Shown piece after piece: positions 39,286-50,358 of a DNA stretch of 64,000 nt. Position numbers and translations under genes: made by a program. Each line of letters begins with the position of its first letter. Position 1 is the first letter of the stretch. Source of the DNA: Lama guanicoe (taxonomy: Eukaryota); contig MU054220.1 of assembly GCA_013239625.1 (NCBI GenBank), positions 1,851,509 to 1,915,508 of the forward strand, in the 5' to 3' direction. Under the pieces are notes generated by a model. It had not been told where the DNA came from, ran no database searches, and worked only from the letters and a program-made list of their open reading frames with translations.

Positions 39286-40580
39286 TTGTGTTGCTGTGGT
39301 TTCCTTAAACAAAAACAAGGGCTGCAAATCAGTTCTCTTATGCATTTTGTTTGCATTACACTAAGAGTTAATGTCTAGAGATTTCAGTAATATTAGGGTT
39401 TTTTTAATCTCTCTTAAAAATCGGAATATCTGGCAGTGCTGAGGGAAGCAATCCTGGCTACAGTGAGCTTGTGCTGAGAGGAGGCTTTCCAGGGGACATG
39501 AGCTCCGCCAATGGCCTTATTTCCTTAAACACAACAGTCCTGGGCAGGAGGTGTTGTTACCCCCTTTGCAAATGAGAACATTGAGACTCACAGCAATTAT
39601 GCAACTTGCCTGAAGCCCAGAAATCTAGTATTTGGTACAACTAGATTTTGAACATAGTACCGTTTGGATTTCATATCAGTATTTGTAGCCATTATGCTCT
39701 GCTTCTCTGGAAGAAGATAAAGCTGGGTATTTCTGCTTAATCTCTCAGAACATGTGCCAGTTGGATTTAAGTTATTCCCTTTCAGTCTGTGGGCTACTAG
39801 TGTAACCCACAAGTAATCAGGGAAACAAAATTTTAATCCCCAAAGGACTTTAGGTCTCTTCCCCTTCCCTGTTTTGGTCACCAGAATTACTGGATTAAAG
39901 GGTATATTCAAAATGTTTTTTTGTTTTCTTTTCTGTAGTGCAATAGAATCTTTTATTTAAACTCAGCTTACCCTATTTAAAACCCTCCTGCAAAATACTC
40001 ACTCCTTGGAGTCCTGACAGCCAGAAGCTGTAGATATTTTTAAATGAATTTATTTAAATGAAATTAATCCTTAAAATGCCTCTGTGGACTTGACACAGGA
40101 GGAAAGAGGCATCATGAGTTGGTACTGCTGCCAAATTCAATGCCTCTTCTCTTTGGAAAGCCTTAAAAAAAAAAAGGATGGGATAATTAAGAACTCACCC
40201 TTTCATGCCATTAGACTCATTTCCCTGGTTTGGGGCATTTTTCTTTTTTCCTTTCTGTTTGTATGTGACCATCTTGGTGAATGATATGGCTTATGATGCA
40301 GTAAGTTAAGGACAGAAAGCACTATTATTTGATGCATATTATCATTAAAATTAAAACAGGGAAACCTTACTTTGAGAAAACAAAACTATTGTGTTAACTG
40401 GTGAGGTGTGCTCTCCAGTACAGCACAGTTCCGAGCACTCCCTGCTGAGTCTCGCCCAGCCCTGGGCACACAGGTAGGGGAAGAAGGCTCTGGGTGGTGC
40501 CCAGCAGCTGGGCATCTTCTCGTGTGGCAGCTCTGATGCTCACCCCTGCTCTCCTGCCCTGGCCCTGCTTTTTTCTGCAG

Positions 40581-40709
40581 CTCTGTCTCCCACTCAGTGC
40601 TGTCTGAGATGCAGGTGATCGAGCAGGAAACCCCAGTGAGTGCAAAATCCTCCCGCTCGCAGCTGGACTTGTTTGACGATGTTGGTACTTTCGCCTCTGG
40701 ACCCCCAAA
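40581..40709 (+). CDS. ARFGAP2: ARFGAP2 exon 11 (129 nt)
   Basis: [42 protein letters not shown](K); AG/GT. Confidence 0.97.
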
Positions 40710-40788
40710 GTAAGGCCAGTGTTGGGGCACAGGCTTGGCCATTGTGTTCCTCATCAAGCTTTTCTGAGCCACTCTACTGTCTCTCTAG

Positions 40789-40923
40789 GTACAAGGACAA
40801 CCCCTTTTCCTTGGGGGAGAGTTTTGGTTCTCGCTGGGATACAGATGCTGCCTGGAGTATGGACAGGATGGAGGAGAAGGAGCCAGAAGTGACCATCTCA
40901 AGCATCCGGCCCATTTCAGAAAG
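40789..40923 (+). CDS. ARFGAP2: ARFGAP2 exon 12 (135 nt)
   Basis: [44 protein letters not shown](R); AG/GT. Confidence 0.97.
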
Positions 40924-41819
40924 GTGGAGTCCTCTCGGGTCACACTGTCCAGGAGGACTCTGTGGTGATGGTGGAATCTGTATCTGCACTGTCCTGTATG
41001 GTAGCCACTAAGCATATGGCTACTGAGTCTTTAAAAAGTGTCCAGTGTCAACTGAGAAACTGAGTTTTTAATTTAATTTAAATACATTTAAGTAGCCACG
41101 TGTGGCTAGTGGTACCAGATCAGAGTGCAGGAATCAGGCTCTGGTTTGAGCAGGGCTTTACTGTCACAGAAGGCCTGAGAGCCTTCTTGAGGCCCATTTC
41201 TCTGGCAGGAGGGGCCTATTTTTATGTTTCAGTTCAAGGGTTATATGTCTTTGGTTCTTGCCTAGTGTTATTTTAAAAAGCATATTCCATGCTAAATCTA
41301 GGTAATGCTTAACTGATAAACTATCTGCAAATAATCCAGTTGTGAAATGGAGACATGAGTAATGGCTTCACAGGGCTGCCTTAAGGATTAAGTGTAATGA
41401 GACTTATAAAGCACTTAGCCCAGTGTCTGCATGTCAGGGCTTAGGTGGGAGTGACCATACACCTTTTCATCCACACTGGGATGCTTTTGAGAGTTAAAAA
41501 GGGGTAACAGTTATGCCAGGAGAGTAGGTATAAATCCAGGCAAACCGAGACATGTGGTCACCCTCATGGTTTGGTGCAGAAGCCTAGCCTGCACCATATT
41601 GGAGGTGATAGAAGCTCTCTGTGCCTTGGCTTCAGGGTGGAGAAGAGAGGGCCCTCGAGTCCCAGAGCCACAGTCGGATGGGGCCATGGTGAGCATCCTC
41701 AGAAAGCCACTGGTGCTTTTTTTGGCCTCTGGTCGTTATGGGATAGTGACACTACAGTGATACTATTCTCTGATAGTAATGAGAAGAGTCAGAGCTGTTG
41801 TCCCACCTCTGCCCCTCAG

Positions 41820-41946
41820 AGTCACAAACCGGAGGGAAGTGGAAAGCCGGAGCTCAGGCCTCGAGTCAAGTGAAGCACGTCAGAAATTTGCAGGAGCCAA
41901 AGCCATCTCATCTGACATGTTCTTTGGGAGGGAGGTGGATACTGAG
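41820..41946 (+). CDS. ARFGAP2: ARFGAP2 exon 13 (127 nt; first Glo3 motif ISS)
   Basis: [46 protein letters not shown]. Confidence 0.97.
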
Positions 41947-42102
41947 GTGAGCAGAGTTGTCTACCTTGAGCCTGGAGGCAGCACCTAGAAGCAGAGCTTC
42001 TTCCCTACCACTTTGGGCTTTAGCCCCAGGGTGGCGGGGCCAGTATGAGTCCATGGATCACTGGCCCAGGGATCCCCAGGCCTTGCCTTCTCTTCACCAC
42101 AG

Positions 42103-42196
42103 TATGAAGCCAGGTCTCGGTTACAGCAGCTCTCAGGCAGCAGCGCCATCAGCTCATCAGACCTCTTTGGGGACATGGATGGAGCTACTGGAGCAG
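42103..42196 (+). CDS. ARFGAP2: ARFGAP2 exon 14 (94 nt; second Glo3 motif ISS)
   Basis: [35 protein letters not shown]. Confidence 0.97.
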
Positions 42197-42295
42197 GTTG
42201 GTACCACACAAAGCCTTGAGTAGAGGTGGAGGGTTCTCTGGACTGGGAGGGGCTTCCTGCCGGGCTCGGGGTCACCCCTTCCCTTGCTTTTGTAG

Positions 42296-42414
42296 GTAGC
42301 GTATCTCTGGGGAACGTGCTGCCCACAGCTGACATTGCCCAGTTTAAGCAGGGTGTCAAGTCCATGGCCGGGAAGATGGCTGTGTTGGCCAATGGTGTGA
42401 TGAATTCTTTGCAG
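42296..42414 (+). CDS. ARFGAP2: ARFGAP2 exon 15 (119 nt)
   Basis: (G)[43 protein letters not shown]. Confidence 0.97.
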
Positions 42415-42896
42415 GTGAGGCTGGGGCTGCTTGACCTGGGGTGGGAAGGACCTAAAGCATAGTGCTGTGAAGTTAGCCTTCTCCACCATATCCAGACACT
42501 GCTGTAGGGTAGCCCTAGCCGAAGTGAGCACGTTTTCCTTTCCTGGAAGGGCAGCATCCTTCCTTGGAGCTTGGTGCCAGGGTTGGGCCCCTCCCTAAGA
42601 TGATGCTGTGTTCTACTCCTTTTCCCGCACTCTTGTCATCTGGACTATTTCTCCCGTCCCCGCTTCGGTAGATCAGGTGGGGCTTCCCTCTTGGGATCTG
42701 GCCAGACCCCTTTCCTGGGTTACAATACAATAGAAAACAATTACTGCCGTGTTGAGCTTGGTGGCCGAGTACCCCGCCCGGCCCTCCCCCAAGTCCCCGA
42801 GTCCCGTGGGTGGGGTGTGTTGGGGGAAGGTGTGCTCACTGGGAACCTGCCACAGTTTGGAGTCTCTGACTTTGTTTTTTCTTCCCCCATCCCCAG

Positions 42897-42917
42897 GATC
42901 GCTATGGTTCCTACTGA
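42897..42917 (+). CDS. ARFGAP2: ARFGAP2 last coding exon (21 nt incl. TGA)
   Basis: DRYGSY*; exon lengths sum to 1563 nt = 520 aa + stop. Confidence 0.95.
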   Translation, partial: DRYGSY

Positions 42918-44078
42918 TCCAGGCTCCATTGCTCAGGCACATGGTGGTGACAGCAGCAGAGACCTCATGATCCCCAGGCCAGGGGTGCTCGCCTTGTGGA
43001 AGCTGAGGAGGAATTGTGACTTTATACATGTGGTGTGTGAGCGGGGTGGCCTTTGAGGATCTCGGGTGATGGGTCGGCAGTACCAGCCCTGACCTCTTCC
43101 TGTAGGTTGAGCCCTTCATTCTCCTCCCCTTGCACCCCCACCCCTGCGTGCTAGATGATTGTTCTTCCAGTCCTGCCCCCAAAGCTGCTGCTCACTTGTC
43201 CTGCCACACTGGGAATGAGGGGTCGGAGTTCCCTCAGGATGGCTTATTCTGGGTCCAATCCTTCCCCAAGTAGGGAAAGTAAAAAGTATAAGGCTTTTTT
43301 GCCAGCTCTAGGATCCCTTCAGGTCGTCTGGGGTTTGGCCTCTGTCCCCTGGAACCAGTGGGAGGTCTAGAGAGAGTTCTGCTGTTGACCAGCCTGCAGG
43401 GGAGGGAGGCTCTGGACTTGCTGCTGCTGTTGCTGCTCCAGTGGTCTCTTCCGGGCACCAGGAGAGGGCAGGGGAAGGGAAGGACCTTTGTCTGGGCCTT
43501 ACTAAGGGCTAGAAATGTTACCTGGTACCTAAAGGTTCATTTGGGATCAGACTGGAGGCCCGAGTGATCTTCTCCTGTCTCACCACCCCTTTTTTACAGT
43601 GACCACTTGGAGGGTTACTTCTCCTGGTGTCTCGGGTCCTCCCATACCATCCATTGTGGAGCACAGGACCCTCTGTCCCTTCTTCCCCTGCTTGGTGGCC
43701 ATGGTGGGTCTCATCTGCCCTGTGCTCTGCTTTGGCATAATGCTGGCCAAGGAAGCAGAGGATGTGAGGGACAGAAGCAGGCTCCTGGGGCTCAGCTTTC
43801 TTGTCTGCATCATCGTGGTCTTAGGGGGCCTGGACAGCACCCCCCACGGAGAGCCTGAGGCGCCTACAGAGCTGCAGGTCTCGTCCCTGGCCACTGGGCC
43901 TGCACTGTGTCATCCTTGGTGCCATCTTTCCCTGCCGTGCCGGCAGTCTGGGCCCAGCCCGCCCCCTTGGGTTGAGGGTGGGCTCCCAAGCAACACAGAC
44001 CACTGTTCCCACCACCCCCTCCCCCAAAGGGATGTGACTTTCTTTCTGGACTGTTTGTATTGAAACAAAACGGTGTCA

Positions 44079-44084
44079 AATAAA
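44079..44084 (+). terminator. ARFGAP2: ARFGAP2 polyadenylation signal (AATAAA)
   Basis: AATAAA with upstream TGTA and downstream GT-rich sequence, ~1.16 kb after the stop. Confidence 0.8.
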
Positions 44085-44726
44085 GCCCCGACAGGGCCCT
44101 GGGCCTCTGTTGGTCTGAGTGAAGTAGTGTCCTCTCAGGGTCCTGTCTCCCTGCCCAGTGCAGGCCCTTGCCTCACTCCCTGGGCTACCACCAATACGAG
44201 TAGGGCGTCGGTGCCGAAGCTGAGGGCTCTCTCTCCAGGGCCTCCAGTTTTTCTCTTCTCTGAAAGCCAAAGGCCCCTGGCTCCTCGGCCCTGTGCTGCC
44301 GCGAGGTCCGGTGCAGCCTCGACCTCACCACCCTGTTGCACGCGGAGGAAAGAGCTGGTATTAGTTGGCTCTTTAACTCATCCACTGAGCCATGTGGCTG
44401 CAGGCAGGCAAGCGACTTCAGCCCTGCACCTCATCCCAACCATAAGCTTGGTTCAGGGCGTGTTTTTCAGTGGAGTTTTAAAATTAAATAAAATATACAG
44501 ACCTTAATGGAACCCTCCAGGAAGAAAGGACATATGTGTGTGTAACCCTTTTAAATCCAGGAAGAAAGGATGTGTGTGTGTGTAAAATAAACCCCTGGCT
44601 TGGCAACCCTAGGGTCTCCTGGAACATCTCTGCCACCTTAGGAGAGGTCTTAGGGGAAGTGTAAACTACTGGTCTAGGAGACGGGTGATTAGAAAGGATG
44701 AGTGGAGGGAGCTATGGGGCTCTACA

Positions 44727-44892
44727 CCAGTGATTTCCGAAGTGTGGATCTGGGACTTCCAGCTTTGGAGTCATCTGGAGTGTTCATAAGCAGATTTCTG
44801 CGCCGCATCCTAAGCTGGAGTGCGGTAATTTGCATTGTAAACAAGCTCCCCAACTGACATGCATGCCAGGATTTTTTGAACTTCTTCAGCTA
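44727..44892. mobile_element. hAT MITE (MER5A-like)
   Basis: CAGTGATTTCCGAAGTGTGG...AATTTGCATT...AACAAGCTCCCC...TTTGAACT. Confidence 0.6.
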
Positions 44893-45582
44893 GAGGCTGG
44901 AGATGACTGTGGGTCTGAGACCTCAACCACATGGCCTGAACTTCCCATCCTGGCCCAGTGCTGCAGGGCTTTGGGAACCAGTCTCTAACTGTCCAGGGGG
45001 ACTGGTCTGGGCAGGGACAAGCCCAAGAAAATGGTGTGCCCAGTGGCTTCAGAGGAGGAAGCCTGCTCTGCTTGGGTCCCTGGGTGGGTTTACTCTTTGG
45101 AGAACCCCTGCCCAATTCAGGGAAGTCGAATACCACCTGTCTTACCTTCCTCCAGTCTTGGCTGGAAGCTGGTACTCCTCAGCCTGTCTTGTTCACAGCT
45201 GCATTCCCACTGCCCTAACCCTGAACAGGTGCTTGGAAAATGTTTAATGAAACTCTGGCTAGAAGACTCTGCAACGCTAACTCTTTGTGGCCAGTCTCTA
45301 TAAAGTTATGGGAATCTGGCCTTGAACATCTCAGTTTGTTTCCTGAAGGTCTGTTCCAGCTGCGAGCACCTTTCCCTTGAAAGGCTGAAGTCATGTGCAG
45401 GACGTAAGCCCCTCTTTGCTCACTATCTGAGGCAGGCCTCCGGGTCTGAGTGGTCCTCCAGCCCCTATTCCCCAGTCCTGCCAGAAAAAGCTGGGCTCAG
45501 CACCAAAAACTCAAAACTTGCCCCTTCCCTTCACCCCTCAGTCTAGTGGCTTTAGACTCACCACTTACCAGACACAAGGGAC

Positions 45583-45588
45583 TTTATT
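45583..45588 (-). terminator. CSTPP1: CSTPP1 polyadenylation signal (AATAAA on minus)
   Basis: TTTATT on plus, ~550 nt beyond the stop codon. Confidence 0.7.
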
Positions 45589-46139
45589 CATTTCACATAT
45601 TTAACTATTAGACACAAGACTTGAAGCAGTTTTTGAAAGTGAAATTGTCTTCTTGCCCACCCTTCTCCATCTTATGGCTAGTGGCTGTTCCTCCAGCAGA
45701 AGGCCACCATGGCTAATCCTCTCAATACTTGCATCACTGGGTGTCACCCCTGACCATGCAAAGTCCTGCATGGTATTCACGGTCTCTCCCCTCCTGGAGT
45801 TGCTGGGAGGAGACGACCCTTACGTGGGGACGGTCAGCAGAAGGCTAAGGCCAAGTCACCTTTCCGGTGGCCTCAGCTCCATCTGCTGTCAGCCTGGGGC
45901 CTGATTAAAGGCTGACAGGGCCAGGGAGAGTAGCCTGTTAACTTAACGAGGGTCGCTGCTTAGCTTGGCTGATCACTAGAACCCCTCTGATGGGTCTTGG
46001 CGCTGGGGCCATTATTTGGCGTTTTCACCAGCAGAGGGCAGCATGGTACAGAGGTGGGAGAGGAAGCTGAGTGGGTGTCCCAAGGGCTGGCATGGGGGAG
46101 CAGGGTACTGCGCACTGCAGAGGAGACCCTTCAGACTCC

Positions 46140-46314
46140 TCAAGTCTCGGACTCATCTGTCTCTTCAGTGGAGCCATCGCTCTCTGCATCCAATTTGCGG
46201 GCGTGATGGAGGGGTCTCCAGGGGGAGCCGACCCGGGGAGGGGTCCGGGAAGGCAGGCAGCTGGCCTCTGGACTGGCAGTGACCGAGTTGACCAGGCCTG
46301 GGATCTGCACCAGC
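46140..46314 (-). CDS. CSTPP1: CSTPP1/C11orf49 (centriolar satellite-associated tubulin polyglutamylase complex regulator 1), last coding exon
   Basis: LVQIPGLVNSVTASPEASCLPSRTPPRVGSPWRPLHHARKLDAESDGSTEETDESET*; acceptor at 46315-6. Confidence 0.93.
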
Positions 46315-46583
46315 CTGAAGGAGGGAAGAAGCCAAGAGGGCAGCAAGGTACCTCCTGTCCAGAGACCAGGACCTCCTCACTCACTCTTGCATATGGATGA
46401 AACCATGGGCTGTATCCCTGAAGGACTCAGAGGATCCCTGAGGCCTCTGCTGGCCTCCAAACCCTTCCCTGACAGATAGGGGTTGTTACAGACCAGCGCT
46501 GTGTGACCCGTGCCGGGGCGCTGCCATGTCTGGCTGAGGCTTAGCCCCCACAAGGGGGCAGCACCTTCCCACCTGACACTTAC

Positions 46584-46647
46584 AGTCGTTCCAGTGCCTC
46601 ATCCATAGCTGGGTCGTGCATCAGGTCCCCTTTGTCAGGCAAAGCTC
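46584..46647 (-). CDS. CSTPP1: CSTPP1 penultimate coding exon (64 nt)
   Basis: (G)ALPDKGDLMHDPAMDEALER(L); TAG acceptor, GTAAGT donor; phases fit the neighbouring exons. Confidence 0.92.
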
Positions 46648-47593
46648 CTAGGAGATAATTGGGGTCACAAAACTTAATCTGAGGGTCCTTCAGCCAGGCC
46701 TCAGGCAGCCCCATCCTTAGCAGATGCCTCCATGCCCCTCACCTTCACGCCTGCCTATTCTGCTGATGCTGGAAGGGCAGATCTAACAGATTTGGGGAAG
46801 AGGAGTTCAAGAGTACTGCTGTGAGGGCAGTAAGTCTTGGGTACCGCTAGAAAAATTTAGTGAACCCCACTGCCTCCTCTCCCTAGCTTGTGGCAATAAG
46901 ACCTCCCCGAACCTCAAGGTCATTGCACAAACAGGGCAGTCCCCTTCCAAGACTAGATGGTGAGTTGTGAGCTGGTGCTGGGGGTTTAATCCTTTCCTGA
47001 GGCCCCAGGTACTCAGCTGAAAAGAAGCCAGAGACACAGGATATGGCCCAGGCCCCAAAGACAGGAAATTACCTAGTTTTGTGCCTCGAAATCAGGGTGA
47101 CCCCACTTTGGAGACAGAATGGTCAAACATGATGCCTCAGCTCCTCCAGGGAGGGTCCCCAGGTGAGGAGAGAAGACTGGGACAGGTTCAGACCAAACTC
47201 TCCTTTGCGTGGCCTGAAGCCACCAGGCGGAGAGCTGTCCCTTCCCTGCACAACTCCCTTTGAGCAGGTTTCCTCAGCTATCAACCAAGGGCAGTAATTC
47301 TTGGATATGGGGGAAAGTGAGAAAAGAGGGTCTTGGGTGCTCCTTGGAGCTGTTAACCGTGGAGGGAAGGTAAAGCTGAGCCTGCAGATAGAAAGAGTCT
47401 CACCAGCAAATTGTTAGGGAAAAGAGCTTGCTGGTGGTCAGGGGCTAGATGTGGCAGTTAACAGTGCTGGTCTCTAGAAAGCCTCAGTCTTAAAATTACC
47501 CATCTGGCTTTTGTTAAATTCCCTTTTTCAGATGATGCCTCCTGGCCCCATTTTAGTGGTTTTTCAAACTATGTTCGACGGAACCCTTGTGTT

Positions 47594-47643
47594 CGTGTGT
47601 GTGTGTGTGTGCGCACGTGCGCGCGTGCACACACGTGCGCGTG
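47594..47643. repeat. Alternating purine-pyrimidine tract (TG)n/(CG)/(CA)
   Basis: 50 bp of uninterrupted RY alternation. Confidence 0.9.
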
Positions 47644-48348
47644 GTGCCTTGAGGACTGAGGGAACAGGACAACTCCTCTCTACAACTGGCTGCCGGCTGG
47701 CTGCACCCAGGGTTATCTCGGGCCTCTACTGCACACACTGGAGACGCAGGAGGGCGGAGACCATGTGCTCTTTCCTTCTCCCACTTGCCCAGCACCAGTG
47801 CTCTGTTAAAGCAATTGAATGAACAACTGTCCTTTTTAAAGGCCCTAGAAAAAGTGAGGGCGTGAGGTTAGTCCAGGCTGTGACCCAGCTGCTATTTGGC
47901 TTTTTCCTTTTCCTTCCTAGGGGCTGACTGGTGGGAAGGTGGGGAGGATCAGTTACTTAGGAGTGTGAAAGAAAACTGAAGCAAATCCCCACTCCCCGCC
48001 CCCTTACTCCTGACTTCTGTCTCCTTTTTGTCTCCTTTGTAGTGCCTCTTCCTGCTGGGGACGCTGGCTATCAACCTCACTCTGTTGAGGGGTCCCCAGA
48101 CCTGTGCGTGGTGCCTGAGTGGCCCTCCTCGGCCAGTCCTGTGGGGTGTATACTCCTGTGCACCTGGAGCACACCCAGCAGGCTCTCTGTCATGCACCAT
48201 CTAAAGCATCTAGCTCAGTACATGGCTTGCCGTGGCTAGCGTTTAACGAAAGTTCAACTTCCTTCTCTCGATCCCATTCCTGCAACTGGCAAAAGTCATC
48301 TTTGAGACTCAGGAACCGGGGATCCCAAGCACACCTGGATACCTCTTG

Positions 48349-49165
48349 AGGAGAGAGACTAATAAGAACCCCTCAAGCTCTGCAGTGATGAGAGGCAGTG
48401 GGTATGGGGGTGGGTGGGTGGAGAAGGCCAACCAGTGAGAATGAGACGATGGGCAGGAAAAACTGGGCCAGTCCGGGCCTCTCTCCATGCCCCCCTCCCT
48501 TTTTTAGTCCCTTTCAGACTAATAAGATATTTCTTCCAGATAGGAATAAAAGGTCTCCTCAGACACACCTTTGCCCTGGTTACAAATGGGATTCAGGTCT
48601 CTTTGATACATAAGCTTCAGAGCCACTGATTAAAGTGCCCTGTGCCTGCCCAACCTGTAGGCCTCTCCCCAAAACAGACTGGGGATTCTATGGGCCGGGC
48701 TGGGCGCGCCTCTGCCATGGAGAGGCTGCTTCATGTTGGGGCAGGACCTCGGGCAGGAGAGAGAGACTAATAAGAACCCCTCAAGCTCTGCAGTGATGAG
48801 AGGCAGTGGGTATGGGGGTGGGTGGGTGGAGAAGGCCAACCAGTGAGAATGAGACGATGGGCAGGAAAAACTGGGCCAGTCCGGGCCTCTCTCCATGCCC
48901 CCCTCCCTTTTTTAGTCCCTTTCAGACTAATAAGATATTTCTTCCAGATAGGAATAAAAGGTCTCCTCAGACACACCTTTGCCCTGGTTACAAATGGGAT
49001 TCAGGTCTCTTTGATACATAAGCTTCAGAGCCACTGATTAAAGTGCCCTGTGCCTGCCCAACCTGTAGGCCTCTCCCCAAAACAGACTGGGGATTCTATG
49101 GGCCGGGCTGGGCGCGCCTCTGCCATGGAGAGGCTGCTTCATGTTGGGGCAGGACCTCGGGCAGG
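48349..49165. repeat. Near-perfect tandem duplication, period 408 bp
   Basis: 48351-48757 matches 48759-49165; the ORF track shows identical ORFs offset by 408. Confidence 0.95.
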
Positions 49166-49390
49166 GAAGGCTGTCCCTTAACAGGGGCGTGTGACAGGCC
49201 TAAGAGGGCACTGTCTTGTGTTATGCATGTTCTGGCTCCCTAGGCCTCAGAGTTTGGTGCTGAGAAGTCAAGGCAGACAGGGTGAAGCCCCCCACCCACC
49301 TTGGGACCATGTCTACCAGCAGAGGCCAGCTCCTACATGGCTTTACATTGTAGGGGCCAGAGAGGCTGGCCACAGCTAGCTCTGGCTTAC

Positions 49391-49500
49391 CGAGGGCTTG
49401 GTTGATTCCATGATGCTTTGAGAGAGCCACGAGGAATCCGTAGAAGGTTAGTCTCTGAACGTTGCTTAGGACCTCTTTGACAAGTGCTGGGGGTGGGCAG
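49391..49500 (-). CDS. CSTPP1: CSTPP1 coding exon (110 nt)
   Basis: CPPPALVKEVLSNVQRLTFYGFLVALSKHHGINQAL(G); AG/GT. Confidence 0.94.
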
Positions 49501-50162
49501 CTAGAAGGGAGAATACAGATGCCAGATTCAAAGACTAGCCAGTCTGCCTGCCACATTTTCATCCATACCTTTAGGCTTAGGAGGATGCCCCAAGCCAAGA
49601 CTGAGGGACCTGCTTGCCCTGGGGACCCTAAGATCCTGGGGAGCATGGCAGATCCAGGAGCAAGGCCTTGACTGTGGACAGAAAGGCTGGCACAGTCACT
49701 AACTGGTGTTTCACTAGCAGGGGTGAGAGGAGGGATGGGAAAAGGGCTGTAGGTGCTGCCTCCCCTGGAGGAGATTGAAACTGGCTGCTCTGTCCCCAAG
49801 GGGGCCGGATAGGATAGCTTAACCCTCCCTTTCTGTAGGGTGAATGCTTTGTACAGTGAATGTTTTTTCCTTCTCTCTAAAAAATCAAGACCAATCTACC
49901 TCCTGGCAAGGAGAAGAGGGCCAGACGGGTCATCGCAGCTGGTCTTGCCCAAGTGAAAGCAATCCTTGCTAAGTGAGCAGCCTGGGAAGCCTTTCGGTCC
50001 ACAGCCTGGGCTGGGGGCAAAGGGCACTGTTCTAAGTCATGCTATGACCGTCAAGGGCCCTAGAAGTCCTGGGCCAGTCAGAACATCTTGCTAGAGAGCT
50101 GTTCCAGGGCCAGCAGCCGCCAGCCCCTGGGGCTGAGGCGTGTCTGCACGCCCACTTCTCAC

Positions 50163-50358
50163 CTGTACTTGTGCCGGTCACACAAGTTCTCCAGGCACTG
50201 GTAGAAGAGCGACGCCTCCACGCCTTCCAGCACGCTGGCCTCGCCCAGCGTGGGCCGCTGGCGGTGCTGCCCACTGGATGACGTTGGTACAATCACCGTA
50301 TTGGGGTTCTTGCCGGACAGCAGGTCCTGATAGATGGCAGCCACGCTCTCCAGGAATT
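50163..50358 (-). CDS. CSTPP1: CSTPP1 coding exon (196 nt)
   Basis: (E)FLESVAAIYQDLLSGKNPNTVIVPTSSSGQHRQRPTLGEASVLEGVEASLFYQCLENLCDRHKY(S); AG/GT. Confidence 0.95.

Noticed and set aside
48359..49037. Duplicated small ORFs as a tandem gene pair or CRISPR-like array
   Set aside because: By-product of the single 408-bp intronic duplication; no spacers and no coding signature
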